IMG/VR virus record: IMGVR_UViG_3300014501_000022
Span: 1 to 55,300 of that record
Source: a virus
Lineage: Duplodnaviria > Caudoviricetes
Length of the DNA stretch: 55,300 bases
Reading direction: 5' to 3' (one strand)
Shown here: piece after piece, positions 38,894-47,788 of the stretch
How positions within the stretch are numbered: position 1 is the stretch's first letter
Layout: every line of letters begins with the position of its first letter
Made by a program: the position numbers and the translations under genes
Notes under the pieces: generated by a model
What the model was told of the DNA's origin: nothing
Databases searched by the model: none
The model's input: the letters and a program-made list of their open reading frames with translations, nothing else

Positions 38894-39733
38894 TTGATGA
38901 GCACCAAAGCATCCCTAGCTCCGACAATGAAAAGACACGTTGCTCTTTTCGACGTACACGTTCCGCACAATATCAACTTATCGCCAGTTCTTGGCTACAT
39001 TAAAGATTACAAGCCTACGCATTTCATCATCGGAGGCGACTTCTTAAATCTTGAATGGGCATCCCATTGGAACGAAAAGGAGTTTAAGTATATCGGTCTC
39101 GAGAAGCTTCGAGGAATGTTAGGTAAAGAACTTGAAGCTGGTCGTGAGGTACTTAAGGATTTAGCGAAGGTACTTCCAGCCAACTGCGAGAAGATTTACA
39201 TTCCAGGTAATCACGAAGAGTGGTTGTACTGGGCGTGCATGACGTATCCCGCATTAGCTGGTACCGTAACGTTAGGTGTCGAGTCGATGACGTTCAAGTC
39301 AGACCTAGCTGAGATTCGAAAGCAAGTCGTCGCAGATCTATTGAGTAAGCATCTGCAGACTGACGCTCTTGGCTTTAAGGTTCTTCCGTTCGGTAAGGAA
39401 GTTAACTTAGGTCGCCTAACTTACATTCACGGTCATCAGGTTGGTTCTACAGCAGCTATGCGTAAGAAGTTCCCTGCGCGTAGCGTTATTTGTGGTCACC
39501 ACCACACGGAGTTCACAGAGTTACAACATAACAGTGGTGATGCGCGAATGACGAACCAGTACACAATGGTTCCATGTCTATGTGGAATGAATCCTGGTTA
39601 CTTGACTGACGGTAGCACGAGATGGGCAAACGGTTTCTGGAGTTGCGATATCCTTCCGACAGGACAGTTCGACGGTAGGGTCATCAAAGTTGTCGACGGA
39701 TGTGTGATGGCTAATGGTCGAATCTATACCTAA
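38894..39733 (+). CDS. calcineurin-like metallophosphoesterase
   Basis: DVH, GGDF, GNHE, HGH, GHHH. Confidence 0.85.
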   Translation: MMSTKASLAPTMKRHVALFDVHVPHNINLSPVLGYIKDYKPTHFIIGGDFLNLEWASHWNEKEFKYIGLEKLRGMLGKELEAGREVLKDLAKVLPANCEKIYIPGNHEEWLYWACMTYPALAGTVTLGVESMTFKSDLAEIRKQVVADLLSKHLQTDALGFKVLPFGKEVNLGRLTYIHGHQVGSTAAMRKKFPARSVICGHHHTEFTELQHNSGDARMTNQYTMVPCLCGMNPGYLTDGSTRWANGFWSCDILPTGQFDGRVIKVVDGCVMANGRIYT

Positions 39734-40197
39734 TGACTGAATCTGCAATGCTAGTCGTAAACCAGAAGAGAAAATGTGTAACAGTTAAGTACAGTGGTAT
39801 ATGTATTCAATGTGGCGATCTTTACTACACTGAACGACTTAGAAGTAATCATTGTTCCCTTAAGTGTTCTCATACAGGGTCAAGTTCAAATAGATGGAAA
39901 GGCGGTAGATATAAAAGAAGTGGTTACGTTTTTGTCGGAGGTAACCATAATCACCCGCGAAATAACAACGGATATGTTTTTGAACATATTCTTACGATGG
40001 AGAAGCACTTAGGACGTTATCTTAAGTCCGGCGAAAATGTTCATCATAAGAATGGAATACGCAGTGACAATAGAATTAAAAATTTGGAACTGTGGGTTAA
40101 ACCGCAGCTTGCCGGACAGCGAGTAAAAGACTTGGTTGCTTTTGTTGTCGAGAATTACAGCAAAGACTTGCGTCTATTACTTAAGAAGTATCATTAA
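39733..40197 (+). mobile_element. HNH homing endonuclease
   Basis: WKGGR, YVFEHILTMEKHLGR, VHHKNGIRSDNRIKNLEL. Confidence 0.88.
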
Positions 40198-40211
40198 AGG
40201 AGATAACGACT

Positions 40212-40388
40212 ATGGCTGGATATCATTGCTCAAACTGTCGCGAGAACATTGCCAACTTGAAGAAGATTTCAATTGGTGAGAATCGCAATGTTGTGTTTTG
40301 TGGTAGCTGCAATTGTTACGTAACGATTGAAGAGCCGCGTGTTGCTGCTAAGCCTACGGCTTCTGCCGCAACGACTGACCCTAAGTAA
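40212..40388 (+). CDS. small zinc-ribbon protein (58 aa, not in ORF track)
   Basis: AAGGAG RBS; HCSNC...FCGSC. Confidence 0.65.
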   Translation: MAGYHCSNCRENIANLKKISIGENRNVVFCGSCNCYVTIEEPRVAAKPTASAATTDPK

Positions 40389-40432
40389 AATCTAATAAAG
40401 GCACTAGCGCCACCTAGCCTATATGGAATGTC

Positions 40433-40657
40433 ATGTTGACAAACATGAAGGTCCGGTGCATCAACTGCAAGCAGACTAGCTACTTCCACGTTCATTCATG
40501 GAAGGGGCGGGTCAATGCTGCTATATACACCGAATGTCCGAAATGTCACAAATATGATGATGTGTTCCACTTCCCGCTTGAGATCTACGATAAGTATCTA
40601 AAAGACATCTTAGCAGGAAGAGAATTTCCGGGCACGGGACCAACTAAGGATATGTAA
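40433..40657 (+). CDS. zinc-ribbon protein
   Basis: CINC...CPKC. Confidence 0.6.
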   Translation: MLTNMKVRCINCKQTSYFHVHSWKGRVNAAIYTECPKCHKYDDVFHFPLEIYDKYLKDILAGREFPGTGPTKDM

Positions 40658-40673
40658 GCGCAAAGCCGTTGTA

Positions 40674-41438
40674 GTGGGGTGTACAGTGCGAAGATTTTTT
40701 GAAGTGCCCGCACACGTCGCAATATATGTACTAGCGTTCCTGTTAGCAGCAGTACAAGCGTACGATATGTACGCTAGACCACTGCCTCTAGCAAGTGTTA
40801 TCGAAGTCGCTAACAGTAGTGTTGTTGCGATGGATTGCATTTCTGTTGTACAAACGCCGGGTCACGTTGAAGCACTGCCCACTGGAATAAAGTATATACC
40901 TGGAAAAGAAATAAAGCACAATATCCTTACCGCTGGGTTTATTTCTTCGCCTAGATACATTACTACAGTAGCGCACGGGATTGAAGCTTGTAAAGGTAAT
41001 GGGAGTCCCTATAAAGTTAAGATGCAAGTCATGTTTCGTAATAATCCCAAAACATACTTCGCCAAAGTAGTCCGCTATAATCGATTACACGACGTAGCTA
41101 TCCTACAGTTAGTAGGTAGGGTACCTTACGTAGAGCCTCTAGAGATCCTAACAGAAGCCCCGCCGGCAGGTACTCACGTTATCGCTTTGGGTCATCCTCA
41201 GTTTCTTTTCTGGAGTGCCGCTGAGGGTATCGTGAGCGCAGATAGATGGTCGACTGATCCTCTCATGCACGTCATCCAAGTCAGCTGTCCTATCAATCAC
41301 GGTAACAGCGGCGGTCCTGTTATAAATGACAAAGGACAAGTTGTAGGCATTACTTCTTTTTATATAGATAACCCTTCATTAGGTTTTATCGTTGCAGGAG
41401 ATTTCGTTAAAGCAGTAGCATACGGACTACACCCTTAA
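40674..41438 (+). CDS. trypsin-like serine protease with N-terminal signal/TM
   Basis: TVAH, DVAIL, INHGNSGGPV triad motifs; start uncertain. Confidence 0.88.
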   Translation: MGCTVRRFFEVPAHVAIYVLAFLLAAVQAYDMYARPLPLASVIEVANSSVVAMDCISVVQTPGHVEALPTGIKYIPGKEIKHNILTAGFISSPRYITTVAHGIEACKGNGSPYKVKMQVMFRNNPKTYFAKVVRYNRLHDVAILQLVGRVPYVEPLEILTEAPPAGTHVIALGHPQFLFWSAAEGIVSADRWSTDPLMHVIQVSCPINHGNSGGPVINDKGQVVGITSFYIDNPSLGFIVAGDFVKAVAYGLHP

Positions 41439-44400
41439 TGGAATACGATCTAAAGAACCCTTCAATATCATTCTGCATCAGTGACTATCCTACTGATGTA
41501 CAGAATTCTCTACAGTCCTGCCTCGATATCAACGGCTTCGTCGCTAACGAACCTAAATTTAGACAGATCGCTGCGGATAATGTTGCGGAGTTGATTAACG
41601 ATAACGCACGTCCTCTAAAGCTAATTCGCAAGCTTCAGACCGTTATTAAGGGCGGGAAGATGCTTAACGTTGAAAGAGATCGTGAAATGAATCAGTTCGG
41701 TCTCAACTTTGCGCTTAACAAATACGAATTCTCCCTTGATCCCGTCCCGGGTCAGCCTGATCTAGAGAAAACCGGAACAAAGATTCTTGCAATCATTGGT
41801 ATCTCCAGAGAGGATACTTCCTACATTACTGCCTACGAAGACGGCGATACTTTCATTTATGCGGGGAAGATGCCCGTCGACGCATGCTCCTACCGTCCCG
41901 TAGAGTTACTGAAGTCGTCAAAGCTGATTGAAAAAGTAGGAGATATAACCTACGTAACTCCTAGAAGAATTAAAGTTAGCCACGGCTCCCTACAATATTC
42001 TTTCCAGGACGCTTTTTCTTTTGCCGACAAAGTAACCAAGGTTGGAAGCAGACTATCCGCTATCACGTCTAATCCAAAGTTTGTTGAACTTACGGAAGAG
42101 TCCGCATCCATAGATCAATTAACAGCTGCTCCTATTGAAGAAGAAGCAAAGATGCCTTCTTTAAAAGAGATTCAACATATTGTTAAAGATGAAGCCTGGC
42201 AGAAGCTTAGAGAGGATCTAAGTTGGACTAAAGGTAACATCGGTAGTAGTCTGCGTCGCTTACGCCGCTACATGGGTGAAGCTCCTTCTAGAAAGAGACA
42301 AGTTAGAGTACTCAACTTGCTCAATGGCGTCGCTCGTGGCGGTATTATGACCGACGACATCTTACGGATGCAGAAGAGACTCCGTAAGAGACTAGGAGTA
42401 GGAGTTCCTAAGGAAGCAGCAAAGAAGATGCGCCAGTGCGCTTGGTGTAACAAGAACCTTGATACGGGGAAGAAGGAAGAGCACAACCCGATGGCGACAC
42501 ACGGTATCTGCCGACCTATCTGCCCTGAAGCAAAGAAACAAGGCTTCACCGACGAAATGATGAAGGATCCTAAGAAGAAATCCGCATTAGGTCCAGGAGA
42601 ATTGACAGCAGGCTTCATGCCTTCTCTCCCGTCACAGCCGTTCTTCGGTCAACACGGCGACGGCGATCATGGCGATTACCCATATCCCATGAACACGTTG
42701 TACCCCAAGATCAGTCCAGAAGATGCTGATGGAGGCGGTCAAGACGCTACAGAAGCGTATACCCACGTGTGGGATAAGATAGATCCTAAGCGTTTGATCA
42801 AGCTCCTAAAGAATTATAAGCCTTTGTCGAAGGAAGACGTAGGGGATTCACAAGAGATTCATAAAGAAGCAATTCTAAATATGGATCCGGATATCGCTTT
42901 CCGATTTTACGTTCCACGATTTACAATAACGATTGACAAGCCTGAGACGATTGCTGGGGAGTATGAAGCAACTCGTATCGGCAATAAGCCTGAAGGAGCG
43001 GGACGCTTACAGGGCGTAACCGAAGCTACAGAGGCAACCCCTGAAGGTAAGACGCCCGCAGAGAAGGTTCAAGAGGGTAAGACACCTTCAACATCAATCC
43101 CGCAAGAGGGCGAAAGCTCTCCTATCTTTCTACAGCACCCTCAGGACGTGCGTAAGGAGAAAGGTCGCGCCGACCGTAAGCCTCTAACCCCGCAGTCCGA
43201 TGTTATCTACCAAGTTAAGTATGTAAGGGGAGATGCGGGAGCTAAGAATACCGTTGTTGGTTACTTTAATGTTAACGACTTTCTTTCCCGCTTCGTTAAG
43301 AAGGGAGAGGAGAACAAAGGTCTTTCTGAATGGTTGAAGAAGAAACTTGAGCGGCGCGCCAGCGCAATAGGTGTTCTGTTTAAGCTAACGCGCCCGGATG
43401 TTCCCCTAGAGCAACGTCTGTCGTGGGGAACGCGCTTACAGCAAAGCTACGTCGCTAGTGACTGGGACCAAGCTTACAAAGACTTGGCGAGCGCGGGTAC
43501 TCCTGCTGATGAGAAAGAAAAGGAGCAGCGCGTACAGCTACTCAAGAAGATAGTAGGGTTCAACGAAGAAACTCTTCTCGAGGAGGGACGCTACAAAGAA
43601 CTTCTCGCCCTCGTGAAGAAGTACGATATCGTTCCTAAAGGATGGAATGATGACGAAAAGCTTGCGCAAGAGGCAGCGATTCTTGGTGGAATAGGATTAG
43701 CTAAGCCCTCTAATAGTGATTACGCTGCACAGGTTAACTTAATCTTAGATGGTAACGAACGCTACCCAAACGGTGGTAGCGTTGAAACTAAGCGTACGGT
43801 TCTGCGTGACGCGGATATAGACCGCGTATTAGAGTTCACCCTGTCGAAGAAGTTCAAGGAGCAGCCTTATGCAGTCCAGGCTGCGGCAGTAAGACGCCTA
43901 GAGGTCGCTGGAAAGCCTTCTTCCGAAACAAGGGAAGGGAGTGAAGAGGCCCTATGGGCTGTATGGGGAAACAAAGAACTACCTTCCTCCCTGCGCCGAG
44001 ATGTTCTAAACAAGCTAGTCTTAGCTTATGGTTATGGTAAAGGCGGATTAAACGTAAGCCCTGAAGGACGTTTTAAGGCGACGAAGGATCTATTATCTGA
44101 AGCGGGAGACGATAAAGATGTAGACATCCGCGCTCAGGCCTACCGCTTAATGGTAGACCCTAGCGTTGATTGCTTACCCTGGACCGCAAAGGGAGAGCTC
44201 GTCTATAGTCCTGCATTAGCAAAAGAGAAGAGAGAACAGCCCACCACCGACATCCCTGACTGGATGATTACTCAGCTTGTCAATGAAAAAGATGTCAATG
44301 CGAAGAAGCTTGGCTACGATATTCTTGAGAAGCTCCCTAAGGATTTAGTTGTCGAAGAGGCTCCTCCGGTATTAAATAGGGATCTTAAGATAGAAAGGAA

Positions 44401-47400
44401 CGGAAAGTATTCGTTCTCTTCCGATATTCTTCCGGGCTTCCGCCGCTTGATCATAGCGGCTCTAACTGATTCTAACCCGAGAGCTCGCGCATCTGTCCGA
44501 AGTCACTTCGGTCTTCCCTCAGAGACTACACTACTTGCTCCCGAGAATAAGGATACGGAAGTAGTCCAGCCCTCTGCTAAGGATTATATCTTTCATGCTC
44601 GAGTCGCTCTTAACCAGAATAAGGTTGAGGATGCTGAGAAGCAACTTGCTTCAGCAACGCATGCGCGCGATGCAGAGAACTATAAGGAAGAGATTGACGC
44701 TCTCAAGAAGAGAATTGTTGATGTCCGCGAACATTCTAAAGATAGAGAAGAGAGAGAAGATCGAATAGCTCAGTTGCAAGAAGCTCTAATGACCAAGCAC
44801 CCCGTCCTTAGAGAAATTGTTAAGCTGGCTGCTTTCTTAGATTGGGCTGCGAAGCTTAAGTTCCAAACGGCATTTAGAGATTTGTCCGTTAAGAATAAAG
44901 AAGCAATCGTTTCTTTCTTAGCGAAAGATGAAAAATGGTTTAATCAGTGGCACGCAACTGTATTAGGTACTGGCCCTGCCGTTAAAGACATCGAAGAGGA
45001 TCCTCGCAGGAAAGAGGATCGTCGAAAGAAAGACGATAGAAGAAAGGAGCCGGAACCAGAACCAGAACCAGAACCAGAGAAGCCCCGTGAACGTCGTCGG
45101 GATGATCCGTTTACTCCTGATGAGGAAGCTTTCGGTAAGCAGGGATCACCCCTTGGTAAGATTGAATTAACGTCTCGCCAACCTCCGACAACATGGCCCC
45201 TTGAGAATCCTCAAGTAGGGTATGGCTCTGCTGTGCCCATTGGCTCTCAAGATAGCCGAGGTACTGATGAACTAATGTTGAAGGACGTTAGGATGTACTT
45301 CGGGCGTCCAGAAGGTAAGTGGCGTTCTATCTTAAATAAGATTTGGAAGAATATCTTTGATGATCAGAACGTTCAAGAGGAAGAAGAACTAGGTACCCAC
45401 AAGGAGATGCTTCACAAGGAAGCAGCTGAACAACTCCCCAGAGTCCCACCTAATAGCCGCGAAGAAGCTCTAAAGTATCTACAAGGTAACGAGCAGGAAG
45501 CGTACCAGGCTATAACTTTCTTTGGACGCGAGGGCGACAAGGATGGTTTGATTGCGGCCGTCAATGCCTTTAAAAATCCGGGCGAATTTAACAACAAGCA
45601 GGGGCTTCAGAAGATTCTTCAGGTAGCTGTGGAACATAATCTTCCGGAGGTCGTTGAGGCAGTATTCAATATCCCTTCGACAGGTAAGACATCAAAGTGG
45701 GATATCCATAGCGACGCCATAGCAGCCTTCTATCGATTGAAAGATGTAGATGCATTAGGTAAGATTTTATTTACTCCGTGGTACCCTCACGCGGTTAAGT
45801 ATCTTGTAGACCTAGGACTTGCGTCAAGCCTTAAGAAAGTATACCGTTCTAGTAATGACAACCCTGGTTTACAACGCGCGATCATCTTGAACTTAGGCGA
45901 GGCCGACCCTGAGTTCATGGCAGAAGCTTTAAAAAATCCGAATGCTGAAGTAAGACAACAGGCGCTTAAGTGGCTTGGAGATCATCATAAGAAGTATGAC
46001 GTACTCAAGGAACACGTAAAGAACGAGAAGGACCCTAAGGCGAAAGCAGAGCTTGAGAAGTTCTTAGCGCTAGCTAATGAAGGACCTGTTGCAGAAGTTC
46101 TCGAGCATATGGATCCTGAAGAGCAGATGAGCAAGATAACAGCTCTTACTAAGACTGCTGCCGATGCATTCACCAAGTGGGATAACTACCCTGAGATCCG
46201 TAAACAAGTTCTCGGACAACATGGTCGCCGCTACGGTATCAGCTCCTTTAACGAATGGAAACAAGTCCAACCCGAAGTAGATACAGAGATCAGAGATGCG
46301 ATGGGGGAATACCCCTCCATGGAAAAAGGAAAGGAAGCCCTACGTGATTTAGAAAAGGTCGCTGAGAAACTTCCGGACGCTACAAAGAGAATCACTTATC
46401 TCAAGGCATGGATTGAAGAAGCGAGAGAGAAATATAAAATAAACAAACAACTCCTCGAGCGTGAGCGACAACTTAGTAATATGACAGAGGAGTCTCGGAC
46501 CGAACTCGAGAACGACCTATCAGAACTAAAAACAAAGATCGATAACGCTCAGAAGAACCTTGATAAAGCAATGGTTGATATCAAGGGTGATCTTGATTTT
46601 AGAATAAGTCAGCTGCAACTTCTAGAGAGATCCACTACGTTCCGTGAGTCTCTTATGGAAACTATTAAGCAGGATGACTCCTTTAAGAAGGAATTTGGCA
46701 GCGGGAATCACACGTGGCAGGACTACCAAGCGTATCTAAAGACATTCGAGAAGGAGCTACCTCACAAGGACGCTAAGCTCCCCGCTGAGGGTCTACGGGC
46801 TATCGAGCGTTCTAAAGAAAAGCTAGCTTGGGGATACACAGAGCCACTTCGTAAGCAGTATGCTCAAGAGGAGAACCTAGCGGTTAAACGTCTCCAAGAG
46901 CTACAGCCTTTCTATGAACGTCTAGGAGATCCGGAGAAGGATCCCCGCTTAGCTGAGTTCGACAAAAAGATTAAAGAGTATAAGAAGCTCGCAAAGCAAT
47001 GGTATAAGATGTCGGGTACTATCGCACCTTACGTTGTGATTAGCGATGATGAAACAAAGAGATATCATATCTCCCCGGCAATCTGGCTAGCACCTAATAA
47101 GTCTCCGGCGTTACCTGAGTATGGTACAAGTAAGAGACTTGTACCAGAACAGCTTGCCGAGCTTCGCTCTCCCTGGACAGATCTTATCGAAGAGACGCAA
47201 GCAGAGAAGATTAAGCTACACAATGATTTACTTCGAGAAGTAGCTAAGAAGCTTCCTGAAAAGGGAAAGGACCTTCTGGTGGAACATCTTCAACACGTGA
47301 AGAAGGCGGAAGCTATCCTTAGTCACTTACAGTCCGCTGGAGTAGGTTTTGATGGTGGCGAACTTAAATATATCGATATGGGTAAGAAGTTAGAAGAGAG

Positions 47401-47788
47401 TAAGAAAAGATACGACGAAGATCGTATGAAACTTCTAAAGCGCCTTGAGATTCTTAATAAGGTTAAAGAGAGTAACAGGCCCGACGATCAGAAAGAGTAT
47501 ATCCGAATCAAGAAAGAACTAGCCGACTTCATGGGTATGTATGGTATTCCTCCTGTGTCTGATACGCCTAACGGTCAACTCAAGAAGCAGTACCTGTATG
47601 ATAGATGGAAGAGCCCAAGACTAAGAGGTCCTCAAGATGTTCCGTTGACAGTGTCTCCTGAAGAGTCCGGTGCTTATAAGGGTGGCGGAGAGTCTACGGA
47701 AGAAGAGCGGAAGAGAGTTATGGACGAGATTAACAGACGTCGTGAGGAATACGGTCCAGCCAAAGATGAAAGCGGGGAACTACTATAA
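41438..47788 (+). CDS. 2116-aa mosaic protein with HEAT-like repeats, zinc finger and coiled coil
   Basis: CAWC...HGICRPIC; DKDVDIRAQAY, LTDSNPRARASV, LKNPNAEVRQQAL; (EP)n linker. Confidence 0.75.
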   Translation: MEYDLKNPSISFCISDYPTDVQNSLQSCLDINGFVANEPKFRQIAADNVAELINDNARPLKLIRKLQTVIKGGKMLNVERDREMNQFGLNFALNKYEFSLDPVPGQPDLEKTGTKILAIIGISREDTSYITAYEDGDTFIYAGKMPVDACSYRPVELLKSSKLIEKVGDITYVTPRRIKVSHGSLQYSFQDAFSFADKVTKVGSRLSAITSNPKFVELTEESASIDQLTAAPIEEEAKMPSLKEIQHIVKDEAWQKLREDLSWTKGNIGSSLRRLRRYMGEAPSRKRQVRVLNLLNGVARGGIMTDDILRMQKRLRKRLGVGVPKEAAKKMRQCAWCNKNLDTGKKEEHNPMATHGICRPICPEAKKQGFTDEMMKDPKKKSALGPGELTAGFMPSLPSQPFFGQHGDGDHGDYPYPMNTLYPKISPEDADGGGQDATEAYTHVWDKIDPKRLIKLLKNYKPLSKEDVGDSQEIHKEAILNMDPDIAFRFYVPRFTITIDKPETIAGEYEATRIGNKPEGAGRLQGVTEATEATPEGKTPAEKVQEGKTPSTSIPQEGESSPIFLQHPQDVRKEKGRADRKPLTPQSDVIYQVKYVRGDAGAKNTVVGYFNVNDFLSRFVKKGEENKGLSEWLKKKLERRASAIGVLFKLTRPDVPLEQRLSWGTRLQQSYVASDWDQAYKDLASAGTPADEKEKEQRVQLLKKIVGFNEETLLEEGRYKELLALVKKYDIVPKGWNDDEKLAQEAAILGGIGLAKPSNSDYAAQVNLILDGNERYPNGGSVETKRTVLRDADIDRVLEFTLSKKFKEQPYAVQAAAVRRLEVAGKPSSETREGSEEALWAVWGNKELPSSLRRDVLNKLVLAYGYGKGGLNVSPEGRFKATKDLLSEAGDDKDVDIRAQAYRLMVDPSVDCLPWTAKGELVYSPALAKEKREQPTTDIPDWMITQLVNEKDVNAKKLGYDILEKLPKDLVVEEAPPVLNRDLKIERNGKYSFSSDILPGFRRLIIAALTDSNPRARASVRSHFGLPSETTLLAPENKDTEVVQPSAKDYIFHARVALNQNKVEDAEKQLASATHARDAENYKEEIDALKKRIVDVREHSKDREEREDRIAQLQEALMTKHPVLREIVKLAAFLDWAAKLKFQTAFRDLSVKNKEAIVSFLAKDEKWFNQWHATVLGTGPAVKDIEEDPRRKEDRRKKDDRRKEPEPEPEPEPEKPRERRRDDPFTPDEEAFGKQGSPLGKIELTSRQPPTTWPLENPQVGYGSAVPIGSQDSRGTDELMLKDVRMYFGRPEGKWRSILNKIWKNIFDDQNVQEEEELGTHKEMLHKEAAEQLPRVPPNSREEALKYLQGNEQEAYQAITFFGREGDKDGLIAAVNAFKNPGEFNNKQGLQKILQVAVEHNLPEVVEAVFNIPSTGKTSKWDIHSDAIAAFYRLKDVDALGKILFTPWYPHAVKYLVDLGLASSLKKVYRSSNDNPGLQRAIILNLGEADPEFMAEALKNPNAEVRQQALKWLGDHHKKYDVLKEHVKNEKDPKAKAELEKFLALANEGPVAEVLEHMDPEEQMSKITALTKTAADAFTKWDNYPEIRKQVLGQHGRRYGISSFNEWKQVQPEVDTEIRDAMGEYPSMEKGKEALRDLEKVAEKLPDATKRITYLKAWIEEAREKYKINKQLLERERQLSNMTEESRTELENDLSELKTKIDNAQKNLDKAMVDIKGDLDFRISQLQLLERSTTFRESLMETIKQDDSFKKEFGSGNHTWQDYQAYLKTFEKELPHKDAKLPAEGLRAIERSKEKLAWGYTEPLRKQYAQEENLAVKRLQELQPFYERLGDPEKDPRLAEFDKKIKEYKKLAKQWYKMSGTIAPYVVISDDETKRYHISPAIWLAPNKSPALPEYGTSKRLVPEQLAELRSPWTDLIEETQAEKIKLHNDLLREVAKKLPEKGKDLLVEHLQHVKKAEAILSHLQSAGVGFDGGELKYIDMGKKLEESKKRYDEDRMKLLKRLEILNKVKESNRPDDQKEYIRIKKELADFMGMYGIPPVSDTPNGQLKKQYLYDRWKSPRLRGPQDVPLTVSPEESGAYKGGGESTEEERKRVMDEINRRREEYGPAKDESGELL

